Shown in pieces: positions 29,800 through 38,802 of a stretch of DNA of 64,000 nt (position 1 is the first letter of the stretch; every line of letters starts with the position of its first letter). The notes beneath the pieces were generated by a model, which worked only from the letters and a program-made list of their open reading frames with translations, did not search any database and was not told the DNA's origin. Location of the stretch: IMG/VR virus record IMGVR_UViG_3300029288_000085, positions 80,335-144,334 of that record. One strand, written 5' to 3'. The DNA is from a virus. Its lineage: Duplodnaviria; Caudoviricetes. A program made the position numbers and the translations under genes.

Positions 29800-30798
29800 T
29801 TATCCTCTTTGGATTATTTCATTTAACTTATTTATATCATCCCCTAATACACAATCAAATTCATTTATACCAGAATTTTCTGGTATAATAGTAATTATTT
29901 TCTCCCTCATTAATGCATCAAGGAATACCGCAAGATCTTTTGCAACGGTGGTAGCATCTATAGCTCTATAATCATAAACATATCTAAAAGAGCATGGAGT
30001 TTCAAATCTATTTTCTGCGATACAATGTCTATCCTTCTCATGTCCTATAATTAAAGAAGGAGTTCCACAAAGTAGTCCGACATGAGTAAGACCTGATTGA
30101 CTACTCACACAAGCTACAGATTTACACATATAATCCATTACCTTTTCAAACTTATCATCACTTTTATCAGGAATAAGATTAATTACATTCTCACCTTGGT
30201 AATCTGCAAGAAAGGAACCAGAGGGTGTTCCACATAATACTACATAGAAATCTTCTCTTAGTATATCTACTAATTCTCTCCAAACATATTCAGGAACATT
30301 TCTAATTGCTGCACGAGAACGCCCACGAGGACATACACATACGTATGGTCTACCTCTTATAGTACGATTACTATTTTCAGTGGAATAGCGGGCATACATG
30401 GAGGGTTTATGATTTGGCCAGAACTTATCCGTTCCACGTGGTGGCCAAAACTCAATAGCTTTAGAGGGGTTATAAAACTGTCTAAAATACTCTATTAATT
30501 TGGCGTAAACATCTGGGGGTGTAAGCGAACCTGGAGGACTTCCTGGTAATGGTGATTCAAAGCAATCCTTCTCAAGTTGTAATTCCTTAAACCAATCTGG
30601 TAGGTCCACTGTGTAGGATGTAAAATCATGTACCAAGACATGAAACTGAGTATCCATCATTATGATAAACTTCCTGTCTTGGTACATGTTATTTTTCATA
30701 TATCTAAGTAATGATTGATAATATTGACATAGCCAACCGAGTTCCCCGCAAAAGAAACTAACAAAACAAGGTTCATCCACATAAAGTTCTTGTTTCAC
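29800..30798 (-). CDS. GT-B (GT9-like) glycosyltransferase
   Basis: GELGW, VVLCG, VINL, SQSGLTHVGLLCGTP. Confidence 0.55.
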   Translation of the reverse strand: MKQELYVDEPCFVSFFCGELGWLCQYYQSLLRYMKNNMYQDRKFIIMMDTQFHVLVHDFTSYTVDLPDWFKELQLEKDCFESPLPGSPPGSLTPPDVYAKLIEYFRQFYNPSKAIEFWPPRGTDKFWPNHKPSMYARYSTENSNRTIRGRPYVCVCPRGRSRAAIRNVPEYVWRELVDILREDFYVVLCGTPSGSFLADYQGENVINLIPDKSDDKFEKVMDYMCKSVACVSSQSGLTHVGLLCGTPSLIIGHEKDRHCIAENRFETPCSFRYVYDYRAIDATTVAKDLAVFLDALMREKIITIIPENSGINEFDCVLGDDINKLNEIIQRG

Positions 30799-30807
30799 AT
30801 CATACTC

Positions 30808-31173
30808 CTATTTTTTATTAGTTTTTCGAATTTCATCTATAATTAATCTATTAAGTGAATCAAATTTGACATCTAATTTTTCTTCAAGACGCTCAAATTT
30901 ATTTTCAAATTTTTTAGTAGTATCACACATTGTGGTGTCTAATCGGGATAGTTGACTATTAAATTCATCCTTTCTTACATAATAAGAAAGACTACCTAAT
31001 ACATTATTAATGTCAGATTCAAGAGCCAGAGTTCTTACATGCATAGCAGAAGCTTCTTGCATACCTGTGACGATATTTGATAATCCCCATGTCCCTAGAC
31101 CTAAAACTATTGTAATAAATGAACCAAGCGCTAGTTTAGTAATGTTGGATTTTATTATTTTAGTTACCATCAT
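30808..31173 (-). CDS. Single-TM coiled-coil protein (holin-like?)
   Basis: N-terminal hydrophobic helix LALGSFITIVLGLGTWGL followed by coiled coil. Confidence 0.4.
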   Translation of the reverse strand: MMVTKIIKSNITKLALGSFITIVLGLGTWGLSNIVTGMQEASAMHVRTLALESDINNVLGSLSYYVRKDEFNSQLSRLDTTMCDTTKKFENKFERLEEKLDVKFDSLNRLIIDEIRKTNKK

Positions 31174-31182
31174 ATCACACTC

Positions 31183-31584
31183 CTATTTCACCTCCGTAAC
31201 ACAGATACCAGCATAAAACAGGCACGGACTCCCTAATGGTGAAGAAATTTGATCTTGTAGTTTTACACCTACACGATATGATTTAACTATTTCTGGGACT
31301 GAATAAAATGTATCTACATTTTGAGAACTAGCAATAACCTTAGTATAAATCGAGGCAGGTCTATCTACTGCATCAAACTTTCCTTCTACTCTGAAAACTA
31401 AAGATTTACCAGAATTATAAGTAGCTACTCTACTCTGGATTATTATTTTATCAGCTTTAGCATCAATCCAACCTGTATCGGAAGACACACCACCCGTAGA
31501 ATCATAAACAAAATGTGACGCTTCTACATCATATTTAGTAAAAAACGCACGACCCCATTGTGATTGAATCGTCATTAAAATCAA
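31183..31584 (-). CDS. Probable virion structural protein (beta-sandwich)
   Basis: Position downstream of capsid genes; beta-rich composition. Confidence 0.45.
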   Translation of the reverse strand: MILMTIQSQWGRAFFTKYDVEASHFVYDSTGGVSSDTGWIDAKADKIIIQSRVATYNSGKSLVFRVEGKFDAVDRPASIYTKVIASSQNVDTFYSVPEIVKSYRVGVKLQDQISSPLGSPCLFYAGICVTEVK

Positions 31585-31716
31585 CTCCTAATTGCAAAAT
31601 TACCTTCACTACTTCCATTTCCACTAAACTACCAACACACATTTTAGTAAAGGAGTTATATCTCAATATTATATATTGATGACTATTGGTGGGTTATTCA
31701 CCCACCAACATAATCA

Positions 31717-32124
31717 TTAGTCCAAATTAACTGGGGATGCAAGAACATCCGTTACGAAATAGAATATTCTAGCCTTTGGTTTACGTCTGCTCAAATACAC
31801 TGAGCCAATTAGTGGTGTAGCTTGAATTGCTGTTACTGATGCCACTATGGACGCAGCTACTCCCTTATTTCCAAAGAAAATATACTGTTGGGTTCCTAAT
31901 TTAAGATAACCTTTTGCTGCGGCAATTTGTATCTTAGTATTTGCCTTAACATAAGTAGCAGTCACTGTAGCACATTTAATTGTGTCTGCATTGATTGTTT
32001 TCTTAACATTAATCTTAGTAGCTGTTAATGTTCCACAAACTACCTCATCACCTTGAAATTTATCAAAACCAGTTATGGTTTCGTCCCCATCTTTTGCCGT
32101 TACACTTGATCTAAAACTTGACAT
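31717..32124 (-). CDS. Probable head fibre / decoration protein
   Basis: Ala/Thr/Val-rich fibre-like composition; ASP motif also present in 35207-35695. Confidence 0.45.
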   Translation of the reverse strand: MSSFRSSVTAKDGDETITGFDKFQGDEVVCGTLTATKINVKKTINADTIKCATVTATYVKANTKIQIAAAKGYLKLGTQQYIFFGNKGVAASIVASVTAIQATPLIGSVYLSRRKPKARIFYFVTDVLASPVNLD

Positions 32125-32215
32125 ATTTCATCACTTCCTTTTAGAGTGAGTGGTATATAGACAATATGTCAGTATCTATATCGCATCGTATACGGAAGAA
32201 ATTATACGAATCTCA

Positions 32216-32737
32216 CTATTTTTTGACCAAAACCCAAGTTTTTGGCTTTACACCTTTAGCTGAAACTACATCGGTACATTTAAATCCATAATCTTTTACC
32301 AATATTTCAGCAGCTTCAAGGTTTGATACTTCTACGTTACTTTCATCTTTATGTTGATCAGCAATATCCCTACCAATTTCCATTTTTCTATTCAATCTTA
32401 ACTTCAATGGTATAGTAGCTCCTGTCTTCCATTGCTTCATAACAGTAAAAAACTCTTCAGCAGTAATTGCATATTCATCAATTACATCTTTGATTGTCTT
32501 GCTTAAATCATATTTTGATTGATCAACATTGAATATATTCTGAGTTTGTTGAACTTTACTAACTGTGTTAGAAGGTTCCACATCAGTACTTTCATCTCCA
32601 ACTAATACTTCTGCATTCTTTGATTCAAGCAAATCATATTGTTCTCGTACCATGTTGTTCTTCTTGAGACATGCTGTCAAATGCATCTCTAAAGATTTAA
32701 AACTACCACCACAAATCCTACAAATTTTTTCATCCAT
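32216..32737 (-). CDS. Hypothetical protein with N-terminal zinc finger
   Basis: CRICGGSFKSLEMHLTAC. Confidence 0.6.
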   Translation of the reverse strand: MDEKICRICGGSFKSLEMHLTACLKKNNMVREQYDLLESKNAEVLVGDESTDVEPSNTVSKVQQTQNIFNVDQSKYDLSKTIKDVIDEYAITAEEFFTVMKQWKTGATIPLKLRLNRKMEIGRDIADQHKDESNVEVSNLEAAEILVKDYGFKCTDVVSAKGVKPKTWVLVKK

Positions 32738-32764
32738 TTTGAATACTTACCTCCATAAGTCATT

Positions 32765-33121
32765 CTATTTACTTTGATCTTTTAATTGTTTGCTTAATGG
32801 TTTAGTTGTATCTATATAAAAATCTTGATAGCTATCCTGTTTACCATAAGCCTTATTGATGTCTCTTCGATAATTCTTCATGCCCACATGTTCCTCTGCA
32901 TGAGTTCCATAAACTTCTTCACCGTGAATCCAAAGAAAAAGTTTATTCATATCCACACTGGTTCTAGGAACCTCATCTGATAATCTTTTAGTAGTACCAG
33001 TATCTCGTATACTGTAAGTTCCATCTGAATTGCGGGTTGCAGCCCTATCAGGATATATTGCATCCTTATCACTTACATCACTTCTTGGTATACTAGCTAA
33101 AGTATCGCTATCTATTGGCAT
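32765..33121 (-). CDS. Hypothetical protein
   Basis: ORF track. Confidence 0.6.
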   Translation of the reverse strand: MPIDSDTLASIPRSDVSDKDAIYPDRAATRNSDGTYSIRDTGTTKRLSDEVPRTSVDMNKLFLWIHGEEVYGTHAEEHVGMKNYRRDINKAYGKQDSYQDFYIDTTKPLSKQLKDQSK

Positions 33122-33144
33122 TACAAATCATCTCTTTTAGAATT

Positions 33145-33317
33145 TTCTCTACCTTATCTAAATTAGATAAGGTAGAGAACTAATCTATGAATTGTGATTC
33201 ATAGACGGTACTTAGATTCTATCTAAGTAGTAAAAACACAGGTTGGAATCAAAAAAACAGTGAATATTCGTTTTTAGTCATCATACGCACAATGTATAAA
33301 ATGGCTGTATCCAACCT
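33145..33317. other. Cluster of four inverted repeats in an intergenic gap
   Basis: 17-bp perfect IR 33145-33179; 9-bp IRs 33184-33205 and 33209-33229; AGGTTGGA/TCCAACCT 33240-33317. Confidence 0.8.
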
Positions 33318-33330
33318 TATTGAAAGACCT

Positions 33331-34083
33331 TTATACCAATCTAGTTCCACAATTAAAGCAGAACTTATTTGACGACTTGTTTGTTCTTCCACAAGTCGTA
33401 CAGTTGACTTTCATATTCACTGTTTGAGGTCTATCAACTTCAACTTTGTTACTATCTGTTCCTTTTAGCATAAGTGTTATTACATGAGAGGTATTCTCCA
33501 AAGTTCCAATATTACCGTATGTAAATCCTTGATTACAATCAGAACCTTTCACCGTTATACCATCCTCTGTTGATTCTTTCTGGAAATCATTACAACATCT
33601 TGCTTGCACACTAGTAGTATTTGATCCTATTGAATTATAATATGCTGTATTATAATATACTGTATCCCATACAGCTTTAGGTTCCTGATAATAATGGTTA
33701 TAATGCCAAATTTGGGGTAACGGTTCCCAAATCTTTTCAAAAGTATACTCTACCCTAACTATCCCATCATCTACCCTATCACCACGATGTTCAGATATCT
33801 CATCAGTTTTCTTGATAAATTTGAATCTATTCTTTACATTAAGACCTTCTTTTATGCCAAGAAGATCAATTGATTCATTTGAATTGAGAATTATCCTACC
33901 ATCTTTGGTTGCTGACTCACCATCAACTTCAACTGAAACTACTGCTTTTACCGAATTTAGATTCTTAATTAGAATTGAATACTCTGAACCAAAAGGTAGA
34001 GTGACTATATCATTGATTTCTCTAAGAATCTTACCCTGACACTTGATTGCTACTACAAACTTGTTTTGATGTACCATATACAT
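33331..34083 (-). CDS. Conserved phage protein with C-terminal zinc ribbon
   Basis: GKILRE...LPFGSEYSILIKNLN...GITVKGS...CTTCG...FCFNCG. Confidence 0.75.
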   Translation of the reverse strand: MYMVHQNKFVVAIKCQGKILREINDIVTLPFGSEYSILIKNLNSVKAVVSVEVDGESATKDGRIILNSNESIDLLGIKEGLNVKNRFKFIKKTDEISEHRGDRVDDGIVRVEYTFEKIWEPLPQIWHYNHYYQEPKAVWDTVYYNTAYYNSIGSNTTSVQARCCNDFQKESTEDGITVKGSDCNQGFTYGNIGTLENTSHVITLMLKGTDSNKVEVDRPQTVNMKVNCTTCGRTNKSSNKFCFNCGTRLV

Positions 34084-34165
34084 TCTCCCTCATAAAGGTT
34101 TTAGGCTAAAACCTTAAAATTTAAAGCCTATTAGGTTTCATTCAATACCCGATGATGACCTATAA

Positions 34166-34194
34166 TAAAAAAGGGGTGAAGTTTCCTCCACCCC
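34166..34194 (-). terminator. Intrinsic terminator after the major capsid gene
   Basis: GGGGTGGAG-GAAA-CTTCACCCC followed by a T run on the minus strand. Confidence 0.8.
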
Positions 34195-34224
34195 ATATCT
34201 ATAACAGTCCTAAGTTGTTATATT

Positions 34225-35187
34225 TTAAGTAGAAGTAATGTTACATGCGTAAGCATATCTCCAGTTAGTTACGGCCCCACCAAATCTACAAAAGATAGAA
34301 GCGAAGTAGTCTTTTGAAGTTTCATCCTGCCAAAAGTCTAATCCAACATCTTCTCTTTCAGTAGCCATAAGGCCCTTTCCTCTGGAAATCATAAACCACC
34401 CATCTGCATCAGTAAGCTGACCCCATTCCATAGGATTGAGAATAGCTCTCATGACGTTAGTATCATTATCCATTGACCCTGGAATCAAAGTTGATTCCAA
34501 AATAACAGCAGCAGTAAACTTTAATGCTGTGGGTAAAAGAAGAGTATCTGCTCGTAAACTGATCAACTCATCCCTCTCATCCCTGTTATTGGTAGAATGG
34601 AATGTAAGCCACGTAGTCTGAAGATTATCAGAAGTTAATGATCTAGTTTCCGTATAGTTAGCATATGTAGCACCTGTCCTACTTGCGTGAGTAGTGGAGA
34701 ACCAAGGCTTTCCATCATATGCCACATTTCCGGTAGGATCATCGACTACACCAGTAATACTATTATTAAAAACATCATTACCAGCAGTTTTTGCCCCATT
34801 AATCCAGAATTTAGCATAGAACTTATCCTTTGTTATAGGAACCATCCTACTCCATGATTGAACAGCAGATTGTAGCAAATTGCCACCTTTCTGAGCATCC
34901 TTTACAGTCTCATAAGTGAACCTTACAAGACGACCAAAAGATCTATTTTTACATACGATTGTATAACTCTCCATTGGAGCGTCAGCTTGTAGGTCTTCTC
35001 CTTCAGGCTTTTCCATAAGTTCCCCAAGGCCAATAGCAGAATTGAATTTCTCATAAGCTGCATTAGATTGAACTACGTCAAATAATTGCCCCCACACAGG
35101 AGCTACGTCATCATATGATTCCCAGTACCAATTATAAAGATCTTGTTTCATTGCTTCAGTAAATTGATTTCTTGAAACACCAGCCAT
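34225..35187 (-). CDS. Major capsid protein (Mu gpT-like, HK97 fold)
   Basis: KPEGE, YDGKPWFSTTH, DERDELI..RADTLLLPTAL...A..IL.S, LTDADGWF, RFG...NWR. Confidence 0.85.
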   Translation of the reverse strand: MAGVSRNQFTEAMKQDLYNWYWESYDDVAPVWGQLFDVVQSNAAYEKFNSAIGLGELMEKPEGEDLQADAPMESYTIVCKNRSFGRLVRFTYETVKDAQKGGNLLQSAVQSWSRMVPITKDKFYAKFWINGAKTAGNDVFNNSITGVVDDPTGNVAYDGKPWFSTTHASRTGATYANYTETRSLTSDNLQTTWLTFHSTNNRDERDELISLRADTLLLPTALKFTAAVILESTLIPGSMDNDTNVMRAILNPMEWGQLTDADGWFMISRGKGLMATEREDVGLDFWQDETSKDYFASIFCRFGGAVTNWRYAYACNITST

Positions 35188-35206
35188 ACTATATTACACC
35201 TCCCCC

Positions 35207-35695
35207 TTATACACCTTGTCTCTTAGTCTGCTTTACTTTAACGTAAAGTATATTTTTATCTGCATCGACATCTACGACAAAGAGAGGAGATGCAGTTACA
35301 GCACCACATACTTGTGCTTTTTGAGTTAGTGCATATGTAGCTCCTACAATGCAAAGTCCTGCGCCTTTCCCTATCCAACTAGCTGCAATACTGGCGTTTA
35401 CCTCTCTGCCAGGAATTGCAAACACGTTTTCAGGATCAGCATAAATAACAAATAACTTATCAGCAGCATTAGTTCCAGAACCTTTCCAAGCATTCTTACT
35501 GTCAGCTTGTTTTGGCGCAACAGCCCATCCAAATACTCTACCGACACCTGAAGCTACTAAACTAGCTTCTCCGGCGATTATTTGAACGAAGGCCCCACCC
35601 TGCCGATGAAAATACTGGTTGGCTTTTAAAGGAAGTTCCCGGCCTTTGCCTGGACCTTCTGCCAACCCCATTCTTAATTCCGTTGGTGTTGCCAT
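35207..35695 (-). CDS. Capsid decoration/cement protein
   Basis: Gly/Ala-rich 162 aa immediately upstream of the major capsid gene. Confidence 0.6.
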   Translation of the reverse strand: MATPTELRMGLAEGPGKGRELPLKANQYFHRQGGAFVQIIAGEASLVASGVGRVFGWAVAPKQADSKNAWKGSGTNAADKLFVIYADPENVFAIPGREVNASIAASWIGKGAGLCIVGATYALTQKAQVCGAVTASPLFVVDVDADKNILYVKVKQTKRQGV

Positions 35696-35741
35696 CTATA
35701 TTTTCACCTTCCTATAAAATAGGATAAGGATCATATCCTTA

Positions 35742-36074
35742 TTATTCCTTTTTTTTGTGTAATTTTGAATCTCTCTTTACTGCAAGTGGAATCCAATCTG
35801 CTACATCAATCTGATGATATTCAGCTTCTTCAACAAGTTTTCTGATTTTCTCATCCCTAATTGATGCAAAAGTGATAAGTGCTTGATATCTATGACTTAT
35901 AGTATCTAAACTATGTCTTACACTTTTTAAATCATCTATAAGTTTACTATTAGTTTTCTCTAAATCATATATCGTTTTCTGATTAGATTCTTGTAAAATC
36001 CTATTTGATCTTGCAACAGATTCCAACAGTTCAGATAATTCTTTTTCTGTCTTATTGTGTTTTTTAAAAAACAT
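35742..36074 (-). CDS. Coiled-coil protein ending in a copy of the scaffold C-terminal motif
   Basis: EEAEYHQIDVADW...RDSKLHKKKE versus scaffold EEAEFHGIPVEQW...KDAKLHKKKE. Confidence 0.65.
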   Translation of the reverse strand: MFFKKHNKTEKELSELLESVARSNRILQESNQKTIYDLEKTNSKLIDDLKSVRHSLDTISHRYQALITFASIRDEKIRKLVEEAEYHQIDVADWIPLAVKRDSKLHKKKE

Positions 36075-36095
36075 AAATTAACCCCTCCAGGTCAT

Positions 36096-37043
36096 TTATT
36101 CCTTTTTCTTATGTAATTTGGCATCCTTTTTTTCTTTTATTTTTACCCACTGTTCAACTGGTATACCATGAAATTCAGCTTCTTCTTTCAACTGTGGATC
36201 ACTAAGATTATATTTCTTTCCTGATTCAGTAACAATTTCTTTTCTGTTCTTATCAGTGTTAGTCTCCCGACCACCACCTACTCCACCTTTTGCATCTACC
36301 ACAACAAGATTTTCATTGTCTGGATCTTTAAGAAACTTTTCCACATACTCAGAAATAGTCATTTCAGTTAGTGGTTTACCTTTTGAATCTCTAGTATAAA
36401 CAAAGAACTTATCAACATCTTTATCATATTCAAAATCATTCATGATTAATCTGGCAATTTGAGAAGGATTATATGCCTTCAATTTACCAGCTTGTTCTAT
36501 GATTTCTCCCCTAAGCGTTGCCCTTCTCAGAGTGTCGATTTCTTTTTCTTTAGATTCAACAGTAGATTTATATCTATCAGTGGTAGACTTTAATTCAGTA
36601 AACTGCTTTTCCATATCTTTCTTAAAGTCACTAAAGGTTCTTTCCAACCTAATCTTCTCTTTTTCAACTTCTGATTTATTTTTTAATTCATTTTCCTCTT
36701 TAGCCTTTTCTGCTTCAGTCTTGAACTTTCTTAACTCGTCTAATTCTGTTTCTAAAGTCTTATACTTTTCAGGATCGGCAGTGGAGTCCAACTTTTTCTC
36801 TAAATCAGATATTTTAGTCTTCAAAGATCGTGTATCGGCAGAAACTCTATCCCTCTTATCAAAAGCCTTTTTAGCTTCTGCTTCCCAATAAGCCACTTTC
36901 TTCTTTACAGTATCTAAATCGTCAGTATCACTGACTTTTATTTTATTATCAATTTCTTTTTGAAGTGCTTCATCCGTCTGGATATCCTTCACTTCAATGC
37001 CTAATTCTTTAGCCTTTTCGACTAATTCTGTATTTAATCCCAT
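36096..37043 (-). CDS. Capsid scaffolding protein
   Basis: Long K/E coiled coil, AYNPSQI, GG-rich linker; between portal and major capsid genes. Confidence 0.75.
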   Translation of the reverse strand: MGLNTELVEKAKELGIEVKDIQTDEALQKEIDNKIKVSDTDDLDTVKKKVAYWEAEAKKAFDKRDRVSADTRSLKTKISDLEKKLDSTADPEKYKTLETELDELRKFKTEAEKAKEENELKNKSEVEKEKIRLERTFSDFKKDMEKQFTELKSTTDRYKSTVESKEKEIDTLRRATLRGEIIEQAGKLKAYNPSQIARLIMNDFEYDKDVDKFFVYTRDSKGKPLTEMTISEYVEKFLKDPDNENLVVVDAKGGVGGGRETNTDKNRKEIVTESGKKYNLSDPQLKEEAEFHGIPVEQWVKIKEKKDAKLHKKKE

Positions 37044-37147
37044 ACTACCTCCGTAGTTTTTTGTTTATATAAAGTCATCTAATCCAGATGAATGTTAATT
37101 GCCATTTTATGAGGTGTTTTCAATACAATATAATACTGATGACTAGA

Positions 37148-38719
37148 TTATTCTTTTTCTACTCTATGTTCTATTTTTTCCTTCTCTACTGTAGTTTTAG
37201 TTCTAAATGTTTTACCTGCATTAGATTGATTGTTTCCACCAGCTTTATCCTCTGTTTTTCGTATGTTCTCATCTTCGGATGATGTATCCCCTCGTGCATT
37301 AACTGGTTCGACGATACCATCTCCTGATTCAATCTCATCTTCGATAGTCTTTCGTATACTATTAGGAGCTAATGGTAATGCTGCCCTAGCAATATTCTTC
37401 TGAATAGTCTTATTTAAAGTAGTAGAAAAGTTCCTTTCCATAACAGGAAAGGAAGATTTAACCATTTCATCAAGAGAAGTAATATCAAATGAATTTGGAT
37501 ATTTTACTTCTTCCATTTCGGAAGTGTTTTTTCCCATATAAGCATAAGCAATTCGAGATATATCATTTTCAAACTTCTGATAACATCTTGACGTTTCAGC
37601 AAGAATAGAGTTGACACTTAAGAATCCAATTTGTCTAGCTCTACCGGAAGAACCAACATACATATCATCTGAAGAACCTATCAAACCACCAATTCTAAAT
37701 ATTTCTTTTATGTGATCTACAATTATTTTCCAGATAGTTTGTATATTTTGGGTATCAGGAGAGATAAAAGCAGGAGCATGTCTTGCATCAGCATTAAATG
37801 TCCACACCGATGCAGTACCTACTTTACGAAGTGGGTCATCCCCACTTTCTTTTTGCTCACTCAGTGAACCATCATCTGGTATTACTAGTTGGGAGAATGT
37901 TTGTCTTTCAATCTGTTCATCTACACAGGAAGACCAATTAAGTATAGCCCTATTTATATAGACTATATCTTTTATCATTGATTCCCCAACTTTATCATTA
38001 TCAATATCTTTATGATATACTGTTACAAGTGGAACTATACCTAATTCATTCGTACCTTTTACAGATACACCTTCCCCAAGATCAGCAGGAGCACCTTTCT
38101 CATCCTCAATTCGCCATTCTTTGGTGGTAATAAGATGATAGTGATTCTTTTCTTCTCTCTCAATAGCAGGATCTTCATCCGAATAATAAGTACTCTGAAT
38201 AACAACCCATCTATAATTGCCATCTATATCTAAAGACCAATCAACTAACTGAGTTGGATAAACTAGTTTGCAATAAGGATATATTTTATTATCCTTCATA
38301 AATCTAGCTGTAACCCTTTCTTTATTTTTATCTGGCATATTAACTAAAACATGCATAACCCCAAAAATCTTGGAGAAAAAGCCAATTTTAGCAACAAAAT
38401 CAGAGATTGGAGTTCCTCTACCATCCGTACTTTTTCTGAAAACATCTAAAGTCTCATCGGGTGGACGTTCAATATCCTCTTTGAAGATGAACGCATTGTA
38501 TATGGATGGCAGAACAGAACAATAGTTAAGATAGTATGCTCTCTCAAGTCGTTCATCAAAATCTGTTGAATCTTCGAGCCTATGTGTGAAGAGATTGTCT
38601 TCATTTATAAAGTCGTCCCCCCCTTTTACAGCATCTTTATACAAATTCCAACTATCAATGTTATCCATAAAAAGAGGATGTAACCGTTCTGATAGAAGTA
38701 GTTTTTTAGCTTTAGCCAT
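37148..38719 (-). CDS. Portal protein
   Basis: LHP...DAVKGG...RLERAYYLNY...LGIVPLV...DI.YINRAI.N...SSGRA; follows terminase. Confidence 0.85.
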   Translation of the reverse strand: MAKAKKLLLSERLHPLFMDNIDSWNLYKDAVKGGDDFINEDNLFTHRLEDSTDFDERLERAYYLNYCSVLPSIYNAFIFKEDIERPPDETLDVFRKSTDGRGTPISDFVAKIGFFSKIFGVMHVLVNMPDKNKERVTARFMKDNKIYPYCKLVYPTQLVDWSLDIDGNYRWVVIQSTYYSDEDPAIEREEKNHYHLITTKEWRIEDEKGAPADLGEGVSVKGTNELGIVPLVTVYHKDIDNDKVGESMIKDIVYINRAILNWSSCVDEQIERQTFSQLVIPDDGSLSEQKESGDDPLRKVGTASVWTFNADARHAPAFISPDTQNIQTIWKIIVDHIKEIFRIGGLIGSSDDMYVGSSGRARQIGFLSVNSILAETSRCYQKFENDISRIAYAYMGKNTSEMEEVKYPNSFDITSLDEMVKSSFPVMERNFSTTLNKTIQKNIARAALPLAPNSIRKTIEDEIESGDGIVEPVNARGDTSSEDENIRKTEDKAGGNNQSNAGKTFRTKTTVEKEKIEHRVEKE

Positions 38720-38738
38720 TCCTTTTCACTACCTTTTA

Positions 38739-38797
38739 TTAATTATGACATTGCATGTCATAGTAAGAGCCACCTTCAATGCTATACAAATCTTCAT
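38739..38797 (-). pseudogene. Internally deleted HNH endonuclease remnant between terminase and portal
   Basis: ATG AAG ATT TGT (MKIC) joined to a frame reading YSIEGGSYYDMQCHN*, compare HSIEGCKLSDMQCK* of 1047-1985. Confidence 0.6.
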
Positions 38798-38802
38798 ATT
38801 AG

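Noticed and set aside
8012-30798. Host O-antigen/capsule locus or DNA hypermodification cluster
   Set aside because: It is embedded co-directionally between capsid and neck genes and contains phage HNH insertions. No flippase, polymerase or initiating transferase is present, and no nucleotide hydroxymethylase or kinase genes. DNA modification is not strictly excluded.
33240-33317. tRNA-like sequence (GGTTGGAATC)
   Set aside because: No canonical T-loop or D-loop, no cloverleaf and no CCA end; no tRNA recognised anywhere in the window.
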